Of a stretch of 64,000 bases of DNA, positions 1 through 9,105 are shown one piece after another. The position numbers were made by a program, and so were the translations under genes. Source of the DNA: an uncultured Gammaproteobacteria bacterium (GTDB lineage Bacteria > Pseudomonadota > Gammaproteobacteria > JASBUN01); assembly GCA_963762165.1 (NCBI GenBank), contig CAVXJN010000001.1, positions 570,900-634,899 of the forward strand, written 5' to 3'. The notes beneath the pieces are model-generated. The model was not told the DNA's origin. It saw nothing but the letters and a program-made list of their open reading frames with translations, and ran no database searches. Position 1 is the first letter of the stretch, and the number at the start of each line of letters is the position of its first letter.

Positions 1-986
1 CCAATCGCCGCGAGGGCACGGATCCAAAATGAACAGGTAGAAATTGCTTGTCGCACGGAAATGCCCTCCCTAGGCACGATTTATTGCACAGCACTTGGGA
101 CCGGACACGCCGGTAACGCTGCGGTTACCCGGCGCAACCTGAAAAAGTCGACCGCCAGTCATTGATCTGGAACCTTGTTTTGGTCTCCCCGACCGTTACT
201 GCCGCGCCCGGTTTCAGCGAGTCGCGGCTGCCGAATTTCCCGGATCTGATCCGAGACTTCGGTATTTGTCCGAATAATGTAGTACACACTTCAGTAGTGG
301 CTATCCCGCCGCTCTTTTTTCGTTACTTCGCCGAGCCAAATGTAACACATCCACTATGGATGAGTATCCACAAATGGGCACCAAAAAACGCGCATTTCTG
401 CTTACTTTCTATTACGTTAGTACTACCGACGAGGTGCTGCTGGCGCACTTCGCGGACCACAGCGATTAGGATACAGTCCAATCGGACCGGGCGCCCGCTC
501 AGTACGGGCTGTTCCGCGCGGTGCCAATCCGAAGTAATACGCTGGCAACCGTTTCGCGACTACTAGTTAGGATGAGCCCGCTGCGTGGAGTTCCTGCGCG
601 ACATTCGCACCGACAATCAGAGCGGATTTGATGGGAAATCATAGCGTTAGAATTGGTAGTGCGCCTCCGCCGGGGGGCGGGTCCGACGGCAGTCGCTTAT
701 ACGCCGGCGCTGGCATTGGAAACCGGCCAGTGGCGAGCAAGAAGGAAACGGTGGAGCCTTTGATCGGCCAAGTGGGCCGAGCCGGCGCCAGCCGCCGAAC
801 TCAAATGATTACTTAACAATCCATTAAGGCGTTATTGCGTAGACAAATCGATCCCAACTCGCATTACCTGCGTATTGGCACAGCGGTGACTGAAACAGAC
901 GAATTCAAAGCCCGGGCCATCCGAAATCGTCCCGGACAGGCAGCCGGTCGAGCGCTCTCGAGATCTCGGAACCGCGCCCGAACACC

Positions 987-1835
987 TCAGTTCGTAGCGG
1001 CACGAGTAGACGGGATCGCACGCTCGTTAAGCGGCCAAACTCGGCCTTGGTCGGTAACGATTTCCCACACGTCAGGCCGCTCGAGATAGATCCGAGTCAG
1101 AATGTCGTCTGCCACTCCTGCAGCCGGCTGACGCTGACCGTGGTACGAGACCGGAGTGCCGACCGGCGTGAAGTAAATTCCAAACCGCGTCAACAAACGC
1201 AATAGAGTCGGTTCCATGACTGCGTACCAGTGAGAAATGCCGTGTTCGGCGCTCATGCGCACCACCGCGGAAAACAGACCTAACGTAATCAACGGCAGCA
1301 GGCGCCGCATGTGTTCGCGCTTCTTTGTGTCCTCATAAACAGCCAGTTCACTCAATCCACTTGGGCTAGCTGCTTCGGCGATTCGGCGTTTAAAAGCCTT
1401 TGACACGGCGAACCGCGAAATTTCCGCAGTAGAGCCGCGCGGCATATTCCGCAGCATCGGGTGTTCCCAAGACAAATTGTCACCACAGTGCTCTTCGATG
1501 GGAAACGGAGCCGCGAGCCCGGAGGTCTTCGGTAGAACCAGTCGGGTTGTGCCTGCGAGGATATCGGTATCGCGATGGTAGATAAGGCTATGGGCGGAGC
1601 GTTGATCGTAATGATCGATCTCAAACTGCTCGGGGAACTGATCTGGCGCTTCGAATTGGTTTTCGATGCAATATACTTGGTATCTTAGTGCCTGTGCCTG
1701 CTTGATTTGCTGTTCGCTGACAGCGCATCGTACTTCGAAAGTTTCTTGGAATGTGCCGAATAGGCTTTGCATGCTTTTGACCCTCCGCGGGAGTGCGGAT
1801 TCCCGCGCGACCGGCTTTCGTGGGTAATGGTGCAT
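987..1835 (-). CDS. PEP-CTERM/exosortase system-associated acyltransferase (autoinducer-synthase/N-acyl amino acid synthase-like GNAT fold)
   Basis: 282-aa ORF with motifs LRYQVYCIE and EISRFAVSK; paralogous to the adjacent ORF; family assignment recalled from memory, not searched. Confidence 0.55.
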   Translation of the reverse strand: MHHYPRKPVARESALPRRVKSMQSLFGTFQETFEVRCAVSEQQIKQAQALRYQVYCIENQFEAPDQFPEQFEIDHYDQRSAHSLIYHRDTDILAGTTRLVLPKTSGLAAPFPIEEHCGDNLSWEHPMLRNMPRGSTAEISRFAVSKAFKRRIAEAASPSGLSELAVYEDTKKREHMRRLLPLITLGLFSAVVRMSAEHGISHWYAVMEPTLLRLLTRFGIYFTPVGTPVSYHGQRQPAAGVADDILTRIYLERPDVWEIVTDQGRVWPLNERAIPSTRAATN

Positions 1836-1941
1836 CTGCCGCAGAAGTAATATCCCATTAAAAGAAGATCGAAACGTGCAACCACGTCACAATTCTGGCC
1901 TCAGTCCTTCGGGAGAAGGCGAACAATCGAGCGTGCCGCGG

Positions 1942-2769
1942 TCAATTGAGGCGCGAGGCGCGCACGGAAACATCAGCTGCGGGCGCCGGCCATGTGCGGC
2001 CGTCGTCCGTTATTAGCTCCCAAATATTTCGCCGCTCGCACCATATGCGGGCGAGCACGTCATTGATTTCACCAAAACAAGGTTGGCGGAAACCGTGATA
2101 CTCGATGAGTCCCCCCACAGGGCGGAACCGGATGCCAAAGCGCACCAGCAGGCGCATCAAGGCTGGTTCCATGACCGCGAACCAGTGTCTAAGGCCTTGA
2201 TCCGCACTCATACGAACAATGGCCAGAAATAAACCCAATGTCAAATGCGGAATAAGACGAGCCTCTTGGGGGCGCCTGGAATAGGCCACGGACCCGCCAC
2301 AACTCGCGCCGGTAATCGAGTCGCCCTCTCCTGCTCGACGCCTGAATTGCTTGGACACACCGAAGCGTGAAATCTCGCCAATGTGCTCCCTGGCTATCCG
2401 ATCTGGTCCCAGTCCCGCTGCTGTCAACGTTTTGGAACAGAGCCGCTCCATAGGTAGCAAGACGCCACGATCGCACCTATCCGGAAGCACGAGTCGTACA
2501 GTTGCGGCGAGGGCCCCCGTGGGACGATGGCGTACCAAGCTGTGGACCGAGCGGCGATCCTCGTCGTCCACTTCCCGTTGGTCTGGAAAACGCCGCGCGT
2601 CCTCGAAGGGATGTTCGATGCAATACGTCTGGTACCGCAGCCGGTACACCTCGTCTTTCAAGGCTTCCGTATTTGCCTCGCAGACTTCGAAGTAACGATG
2701 AAAAACCTCTATAAGGTCTTGCGACATATAATCTTTCCTGTAACGCGTCCGTATGAGACTTCGCCTCAC
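1942..2769 (-). CDS. PEP-CTERM/exosortase system-associated acyltransferase, second paralog
   Basis: 275-aa ORF colinear with 987..1835 (LRYQTYCIEH, EISRFGVSK, LTLGLFLAIVRMSA conserved in both). Confidence 0.55.
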   Translation of the reverse strand: MRRSLIRTRYRKDYMSQDLIEVFHRYFEVCEANTEALKDEVYRLRYQTYCIEHPFEDARRFPDQREVDDEDRRSVHSLVRHRPTGALAATVRLVLPDRCDRGVLLPMERLCSKTLTAAGLGPDRIAREHIGEISRFGVSKQFRRRAGEGDSITGASCGGSVAYSRRPQEARLIPHLTLGLFLAIVRMSADQGLRHWFAVMEPALMRLLVRFGIRFRPVGGLIEYHGFRQPCFGEINDVLARIWCERRNIWELITDDGRTWPAPAADVSVRASRLN

Positions 2770-3148
2770 CCCCCTCTATATCGACCGATTTCGAAAACCT
2801 TTGCGTGAACTGACCTACATTTCTAAGCAAATCGGGTAGTCACAGCGGCGAAAGGCACGTTATTCCGTGCAAAAGGCGCGAACGAGGATATTTGCGCAGC
2901 CTGCCGTCCGAGACTGGGTGCGCGGAAATCATCCATAGGGTGAGCTGAGCGCCGGCGCGTCACGGCGCGTTCGCCGAACTCAAATCAAGCGAAACCTCAG
3001 AACGCGGTTCGAAGAATCCGATACGGTGTGCGCGGGCTCCGCCATGCCACCGCCTCTGGTAAGACGGGTACCTGTGACCGTACCCCCAAAATCCGGTCCA
3101 TTTTCAAGGAGGGATTTCCCGATACGCTAGACTCAGGGAGGTCCCGAG

Positions 3149-3451
3149 ATGAAGCGCAAACGGTTTACCGAAGAACAGATCATTGGGATTTTGAAAGAGC
3201 ACGAGGCGGGTGCGAGTGTGGCCGATCTCGCCCGGCGCCATGGGGTAGTCGAGCAGTCGATCTACCGTTGGAAGAACAAGTACGGCGGCATGGACGTGTC
3301 GGAGGCGAAGCGGCTGCGCGAGTTGGAAGCGGAGAACGCAAAGCTCAAAAAGCTGCTGGCCGAGTCGCTCCTGGACAATGCCGCGCTGCGGGAGATCGCC
3401 GGAAAAAAATGGTACCGCCCGCGGCGAAGCGGCAGGCCGTTCAACACGTAG
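3149..3451 (+). CDS. IS3-family transposase OrfA (HTH)
   Basis: MKRKRFTEEQIIGILKE... is the typical IS3/IS407 OrfA N-terminus, with a leucine-zipper-like C-terminal part. Confidence 0.85.
   Translation: MKRKRFTEEQIIGILKEHEAGASVADLARRHGVVEQSIYRWKNKYGGMDVSEAKRLRELEAENAKLKKLLAESLLDNAALREIAGKKWYRPRRSGRPFNT
3404..3410 (+). promoter_or_regulatory. Programmed -1 ribosomal frameshift slippery heptamer (AAAAAAA) joining orfA to orfB
   Basis: GGA AAA AAA TGG in the orfA frame; a -1 shift reads ...GKKMVPPAAKRQAVQ..., which continues into the orfB frame. Confidence 0.6.
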
Positions 3452-3954
3452 TAGCGATGAAGCTACTGAGCGAGCGGCAGGCGTGCCAGTTAGTTCGGTT
3501 GTCCCGGTCGATGTGTCGGTATCAGTCCCGGCGAGCCGATGACGCCCGTTTGCGGGTGCGTCTGCGGGAACTGGCGCAGCAGTACCCGCGCTACGGCTAT
3601 CCCACGTTGCATGGTTTACTCAAGGCCGAGCAACGGGTGATCAACCCTACGAGGACGTATCGGGTCTATGCCGAAGAAGGGCTCCAGGTCCGTACCCGGC
3701 GCCGCAAGCGCTTGCAGCGGCCCCGAACGCCGATCGCACTGCCCAATCGCGTAAACGAACGCTGGTCCATGGACTTTGTGAGCGATCAACTGGCTGACGG
3801 CAGACGATTCCGGGTGTTGAACATCATCGGCGACTACTCGCGCGAGTGCGTTGGACAGCTCGTCGAAACCTCCATCTCCGGCATCCGGGTCGCGCGCTAT
3901 TTAAGCGAACTGTGCCAGCAGCGCGCCAGACCCGCGACCATCGTCACCGATAAC
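3407..3954 (+). CDS. IS3-family transposase OrfB, N-terminal portion (DDE integrase core, interrupted after ...TIVTDN)
   Basis: The orfB frame (part of ORF 3028..4089) reads ...RFRVLNIIGDYSREC...ATIVTDN and then diverges; the matching continuation GPEFTSKA... resumes at 5551. Confidence 0.7.
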
Positions 3955-5550
3955 GTGCTAACTGTGAAGTCAAGCACTGAGGTACGGGCGAGTGTAAGCG
4001 AGGCCGTGCTGGACGTCCTTGATTCGCTGCGTTCGCGGCTATCGAAAGCTGGCCTGAGCTTCCACGCTCAACAAGATCCCCTGGTCTGACCATAGTGAAC
4101 ACTATGGTCCGGTAGTGAACGGCCTCGACCGTGCTTAAAACAGTATGGGGTCCCGTGGAAGGCCCGAACATTATCTACGGGATCCTAAGAGGTCCCAACG
4201 GCCCTACAGATAGGGATCGATCCACGGGGCAAACTGGTTTCGAAGTAGCAGCGATAGGTGGTTTGGTGCTTGACCAGGCTGTAGGCGACCCGTGCCATCT
4301 TGGCCGCTACAGCGGTGAGTGCCTTGCGCTTGCGGTCGGCGTCGAGGGGATCGGGCTGCATGTAACGCTCGTACTTTTGCCGAAAACTGCTCTCGCGCAT
4401 GCGCACGGCGATCGTGGCGGCGAACCAGAACGCGAAGCGCAGGCGCGCATTGCCGCGCTTGGACAGCTTCTCCTGACCCCGGCACTGGCCCGATTGTGAC
4501 TTGGCCAAGTCCAGCCCGCAGTACTTGAGGAACTGTCGGTGATGGGAAAAGCGCCGCAGATCGCCGCCCTCGGCCAAGATGGTGAGTGCCAGCACAGGCC
4601 CTATACCGGGCAAAGAACGCAGTGACTCGTAATCTGGGCGGCCCTGCAGCAAACGATGCGCAGTCTCGGCCAACGCGTCGCGTTGTTCGATCAATTGCTG
4701 ATAACGCCGCAGCTGGAGTCGAAACGTCTCGATGGCCACATCGTCGACGGAGACCGGCAGACCGATGCTGGTGCACGCCAAATGTACAACTCTCGAATCC
4801 AGGTCCGTTTGTTGACCTTACGGCCAACCAAATCCCATGCGTCACGCTCGAACGCTTCGAATGCCAATGCATGGATCGATGCCGCCGTCGGGAAACGGAT
4901 CAGGAACCGTGCGAACCAAGCCGCCTGCGTGGTGTGGAAGTAGCGCTCGCTCTCCGGAAAATACAGCGGCAAATAATGCGTCAGAAGACTGTGTTGGAGC
5001 CGCGTGCGCGCAAGACTGATCTGATAGTGGGTTTTGGACAGCTCCTGCAAACCGTGGTGGCCGGCGATCAGTGGATCGACGTAACGTTGGGTGATCCCTT
5101 GCTTGAGCAGGGCAAGGACGACCCTGGCGTCCTTCGGGTCGTTCTTGTCCCGCGAATTGAACATCGCCTCACGGTAGCGGGCTGCAGCGACCGAAGAGAC
5201 TAGACACACGTCAAAGCCTTCCTTGAGCAAGCGATAAGCTAGCGTGCGGTGACAATCGCCGGTCGGCTCCAATGCCACGCGAACTGGCACAGGACACGCA
5301 CGCAACAGATCAACCAATCGCTGGTGGTCGTCCTGCGTGCTGCTCATCCTGAAGCGCTTTGGCTTGCTGTCAGGGGTCTCGATTAGAACGGCATGGGACC
5401 GCTTGGCGATATCGATCGCCACCCAGGTGACCGCCGGTGTAGTCTCGTTGCGGGTAGTCAGCATCGTGAATCTCCTGTGGTGTGTGAGAACCCTCAGGAT
5501 GATCCTTTCGATGGTGGCTGCCCAACCGGTCATGCTTCGATATGTACTAC
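3955..5550 (-). mobile_element. IS110-family insertion sequence nested inside IS3 orfB (boundaries approximate)
   Basis: Splits the IS3 orfB codons ...GAT AAC | GGC CCG...; carries an IS110-type (DEDD) transposase on the minus strand; no terminal inverted repeats, as expected for IS110. Confidence 0.65.
4185..5533 (-). CDS. IS110-family transposase, in two overlapping frames (frameshift near 4781-4800)
   Basis: N-terminal ORF 4691..5533 (VAIDIAKRSHAVLIE...DPKDARVVLALL) and C-terminal ORF 4185..4781 (SLPGIGPVLALTILAEGGDLRRF), matching IS110 family signatures. Confidence 0.65.
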
Positions 5551-5823
5551 GGCCCGGAGTTCACCAGCAAGGCACTGTTCTTCTGGGCGAAGGATCACGG
5601 CGTGCAGTTGCACTTCATCCAGCCTTGCAAACCGACACAGAACGCATTCGTCGAAAGCTTCAACGGCAAGTTCCGGGATCAATGTCTCAACCAACATTGG
5701 TTCCGTGATCGGTTCGACGCCCGCAACACGATTGAACAATGGAGAACCCACTACAACCACGTCAGGCCGCACCGTTCCTTGCAGAACTTGCCACCCGCGG
5801 TTTTCGCCGGACAGGCCGCCTGA
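5551..5823 (+). CDS. IS3-family transposase OrfB, C-terminal portion
   Basis: GPEFTSKALFFWAKDHGVQLHFIQPCKPTQNAFVESFNGKFRDQCLNQHWF...HYNHVRPHRSL is the conserved C-terminus of IS3/IS407 OrfB. Confidence 0.8.
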   Translation, partial: GPEFTSKALFFWAKDHGVQLHFIQPCKPTQNAFVESFNGKFRDQCLNQHWFRDRFDARNTIEQWRTHYNHVRPHRSLQNLPPAVFAGQAA

Positions 5824-6010
5824 TATGCTGAGATCCTCTCCAACGAACTGGACCGAATTCAGGGGTACGGTCACCTGAGGCATATGCAGACGCAAATACC
5901 TCGACCTCCCGGGTGGGCTGGCTTGAGCCAATCGCCAAATGCTCCTACCGGGGAACGACGGCGCTGTGGGCCAAGGCACGCGAGCACCCTCCGCCGACCC
6001 AATTCGCCGG

Positions 6011-7207
6011 TCAAAATGCGTAACGAAGCTCGGTGTAGATCCGGTCTTGATTGTCGTACTGGCCGAATAACCCTGTCGAAGGGCCGTCGAAAATGTCGAT
6101 ACCGCCGCCCAATCGCCAGTTCCTCGCGAAGCCCCAGGTCACCTTGGTTTGCAGCAACCAATCAGGCCGATTAAGACTATGAATAAGAAGCATTTCGGGC
6201 ACCACATTCGCACCGAACTCCTTGCTCCAGAGCAAACTGATCCCGCTTTCGACACTATCGGGGATCATGTCAGGATCATGATCCGGAAACCAGCGCTGGA
6301 AAAACTGGATATTCAGCCTCGTACCGTCACGCAGACTCCAATTGAGGCCGACTATGTAATCCAGGAAATCCTGCTCGACCAAACCGTCGGCGTCTGACGG
6401 TCGCGTAACCGCGAAGCGCTTGTCTTTGGTATACACGGCCTCCGCCTTTAGCACAAAACGGCGGAAATCCTTCGCCACCGTACCGCCAAACTGATGTATT
6501 CGGTGGTGAGTGGGCATGAACACGTAGGTAGGCCGCGCGCCCGGAATGATGGTGCGCTCGAAGGCCGGCGCTGATTCCATTGTTGTGTAATAAAACGCCG
6601 AAGAGTCCCAACCGTTATGAAGATATGTCCACCGTGCACCATAGGCCATGGTGTCGCTGCCCCTCGGCTTATCCTCGGAACGCACCTCCACAGGGATGCC
6701 GGGAGGCGACGCGAGCCGCGGGAAAAAATCCGCGCCAGGCTTCCCAATGCGGTCGTAGGTCATGTACGGGACCCAGACGAGTTCGAGATGGGCGTTATCG
6801 CCGAAATATTCCGCTCTTGCCGCCCACTGAGGAATGCGCAGAAACTCAAAATCCGGTAACACAAATTCCCGCAAATCTTTGGCGGATACCACGTCGGCAA
6901 AAAATAACCCTACCATTTCGCCCCAAACGATGTTTTGGCGGCCGAAACGGAAATCCCACCCCGCCTGTGACATATCCACATACGTCTCGCGAAGCATAAA
7001 GTTGAAATCCTGGTCCTCGCGGACCGCGTGGGGATAGAAATCGTTACCAACGTATACGGGATCAAATTGTAATCGCGCGCTCGCCTTCCAATCGAAACGC
7101 TTCGCGTGTCCGTCTGAAGCGATGTCAAAGGTGTTGAGAAATTTAGAAAAATGCGCCGGTTCCGCGTAGGTGTACGCGAACCCGTTTTGGAAAAATCCGC
7201 TCACCAC
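6011..7207 (-). CDS. DUF1302-family outer-membrane beta-barrel protein; lacks its own signal peptide, so possibly N-terminally fused to or truncated relative to the upstream ORF
   Basis: 398 aa with alternating beta-strand pattern and C-terminal ...TELRYAF; GTG-initiated ORF with no signal peptide; family assignment from memory. Confidence 0.5.
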   Translation of the reverse strand: MVSGFFQNGFAYTYAEPAHFSKFLNTFDIASDGHAKRFDWKASARLQFDPVYVGNDFYPHAVREDQDFNFMLRETYVDMSQAGWDFRFGRQNIVWGEMVGLFFADVVSAKDLREFVLPDFEFLRIPQWAARAEYFGDNAHLELVWVPYMTYDRIGKPGADFFPRLASPPGIPVEVRSEDKPRGSDTMAYGARWTYLHNGWDSSAFYYTTMESAPAFERTIIPGARPTYVFMPTHHRIHQFGGTVAKDFRRFVLKAEAVYTKDKRFAVTRPSDADGLVEQDFLDYIVGLNWSLRDGTRLNIQFFQRWFPDHDPDMIPDSVESGISLLWSKEFGANVVPEMLLIHSLNRPDWLLQTKVTWGFARNWRLGGGIDIFDGPSTGLFGQYDNQDRIYTELRYAF

Positions 7208-7988
7208 AGGCGTCGACGGCGAAACCTGGGCTGTTTACAGTACCGAACAGTTCACCTACTGAATCTGGCTCAGGGCTGCGAGTGATGGGAGAATCTTTTT
7301 CGGAGGCCCCGTCCGCTTTCTCGGCCGGCCCAGGCGCAAACAGCTCGTCCATAGTGGCGGGCTCATCAGCAGCCACGATAGCTTCCGCCGAGGCGGCTTG
7401 ATCCGCGTCACCCACGCCCGCCGCCGACTCCTGGGCCTCGGGTAATTGCGCGGGCTCATCAGTTGCGAACAGATCATTCATGCTTGCCGGATCGGCTGCA
7501 GCGACCCCGCGCTCTGCGGTTTCTCCGCCCGGCAGAGGCTCCGGCACGAAAAGTTCGTTTATGCTCGACGGCTGGGCTGCAACCTCCCCCCGGGGCGACG
7601 TGCCGCTTTCCGCGTCGTGCTCCGGACCCGGCCGACCAACCACACGTATCAAAGTTGGCTCAGGCCATTGGTTGGCAATTAGGTCCTGTTGCGCTCTTTC
7701 GGCCTGGGAACGCGTCTCATATGGCCCCAACCACACGCGAGTTGTATTCGGATTCCGTGCAGAATCGATGCGCGCATGATTCACCGGCAAGCCCGAAGCC
7801 TTGATGCGAGACACCACATGAGCAGCATTCTCCGGGTTCGCAAATACTCCCACGGTAACCTCATAGGCAGCATGAGCGAAACTTGAAAACAGCATCCAAG
7901 CCAGGAGAACACCGATCTGCACAGCGGCTTTATTAGGTGGTGGTTTCACTGTCTTTTTCTCCTGAATGCTATTCGGAAATTTGGCCAT
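7143..7988 (-). CDS. Signal-peptide protein with N-terminal SPOR (peptidoglycan-binding) domain and an acidic linker carrying repeated E/D-L-F motifs
   Basis: Signal peptide AVQIGVLLAWMLFSSFAHA; SPOR-like block YEVTVGVFANPENAAHVVSRIKASGLPV...RVWLGPYETRSQAERAQ; four repeats INELF / MNDLF / MDELF / VGELF. Confidence 0.55.
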   Translation of the reverse strand: MAKFPNSIQEKKTVKPPPNKAAVQIGVLLAWMLFSSFAHAAYEVTVGVFANPENAAHVVSRIKASGLPVNHARIDSARNPNTTRVWLGPYETRSQAERAQQDLIANQWPEPTLIRVVGRPGPEHDAESGTSPRGEVAAQPSSINELFVPEPLPGGETAERGVAAADPASMNDLFATDEPAQLPEAQESAAGVGDADQAASAEAIVAADEPATMDELFAPGPAEKADGASEKDSPITRSPEPDSVGELFGTVNSPGFAVDACGERIFPKRVRVHLRGTGAFF

Positions 7989-9105
7989 CGCTGAGACCGA
8001 CTAGCCGATCAGCCATTTCCATCACCCGTGGATCATGGGTTGAGAACACGAATGTAGTGTCTTCCTCACGGTTGATCTCTCTCATCAACCGCAAAATGCC
8101 TTCTCCCGTAGCGTGATCAAGATTTGCGGTCGGCTCGTCCGCCAATACCACCGAGGGGCGCGTGGCCAGCGCCCGAGCAATCGCGACCCGCTGGCGCTGT
8201 CCTCCACTGAGCTCGTTGGGACGGTGTCGTTTGAATTTGGACAATCCTACGACGTCCAGGTAGCGCTCCACTCGCTGGCCCCGCTTTTCTCGAGATAGAT
8301 CCTTATTTTGCAAAAGAGGATACTCGATGTTTTCCCACGCAGTAAGCACCGGAAGCAAATTGAAGGTCTGAAATACGAAACCCAATGTCTGGGCCCGAAG
8401 GTCCGCCAGTTGATCGGGACTGCGCGAACTCACATTCTGATTTTCGATGTAAATATCGCCACGAGTAGGCGTATCGATACAACCGATCAAATTGAGCAGC
8501 GTGGATTTTCCGCTGCCGCTTGGACCGGCCAAAGCCAAAAACTCGCCTCGCCGGACTTCGAGGCTTACGTCGCGCAACGCCGAGACCGTCTGTTTGCCAA
8601 GCGCGTATTCCTTCCACACTTTGTCGACCCTGACCAGTGCATTGTCCGTATCCGAAGCGGGGTGGTCGACTCCTGAGACCGCAAAGGTTAGCCGGTAATC
8701 GCCGAGCACAACCAAGTCACCGTCCCGCAGGGCGCTGCGATGACACTTGGCGCCGTTGACGATGAGCCCGTTGGTGCTGTCCAGATCTTCGATGAGGAAG
8801 GTACCGCCTTGCGTGCGGGTGATCTTGGCGTGCTTTCGGCTGACCGAGCAGTCTTCCAAGAACAGGTCGGAACTGGGCAGTCGTCCAATGTAGAAGCGAG
8901 CCCGGCGAACTTCGACTGTCCGCCGTCGCTCGGAGCCTCGTTCCACTTGCAGCGTCGCAATCCGGTCTTCCATTTGCACAAACTCGGTTCCCGCCCCTCC
9001 CGTCCGGGGGGCCAATCGCTGACGCGCACCCGCCCTCTTCCCAACCATGAGGGAACACCCTCGGCTGTGGTAAGCTCTGCCAAATCGGGTGAACACGAGC
9101 GACAC
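7969..9105 (-). CDS. ABC transporter ATP-binding protein with N-terminal FHA domain (LolD/MacB-like ATPase)
   Basis: FHA core IGR...VSRKHAKI...FLIEDLDSTNGLIVNG...LRDGDLVVLGD; Walker A GPSGSGKST, ABC signature LSGGQRQRVAIARAL, Walker B VVLADEPT; true start may be the internal Met at about 8976. Confidence 0.8.
   Translation of the reverse strand: MSLVFTRFGRAYHSRGCSLMVGKRAGARQRLAPRTGGAGTEFVQMEDRIATLQVERGSERRRTVEVRRARFYIGRLPSSDLFLEDCSVSRKHAKITRTQGGTFLIEDLDSTNGLIVNGAKCHRSALRDGDLVVLGDYRLTFAVSGVDHPASDTDNALVRVDKVWKEYALGKQTVSALRDVSLEVRRGEFLALAGPSGSGKSTLLNLIGCIDTPTRGDIYIENQNVSSRSPDQLADLRAQTLGFVFQTFNLLPVLTAWENIEYPLLQNKDLSREKRGQRVERYLDVVGLSKFKRHRPNELSGGQRQRVAIARALATRPSVVLADEPTANLDHATGEGILRLMREINREEDTTFVFSTHDPRVMEMADRLVGLSDGQISE

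Larger units (their letters stand above)
3075..5873 (+). mobile_element. IS3-family insertion sequence (IS407-like), interrupted by a nested IS110-family element
   Basis: Imperfect terminal inverted repeats TGACCGTACCCCCAAAATCCGGTCCA (3075..) and TGGACCGAATTCAGGGGTACGGTCA (..5873); flanking 4-bp direct repeat CCTG (3071-3074 and 5874-5877); orfA/orfB with A7 slippery site. Confidence 0.8.

Noticed and set aside
1-986. About 1 kb at the window start with ORFs 162..566, 628..816 and 835..1089 and an AT-rich patch at 240-430
   Set aside because: No ORF on either strand shows a recognisable family, signal peptide or codon-usage consistency. The listed ORFs look like random frames in high-GC DNA. 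Left unannotated as a possible degraded remnant.
4131-5203. Plus-strand ORFs inside the IS110 element (4131..4499, 4586..5203, 4656..4943 and others)
   Set aside because: Antisense shadow ORFs of the minus-strand IS110 transposase; no independent homology.
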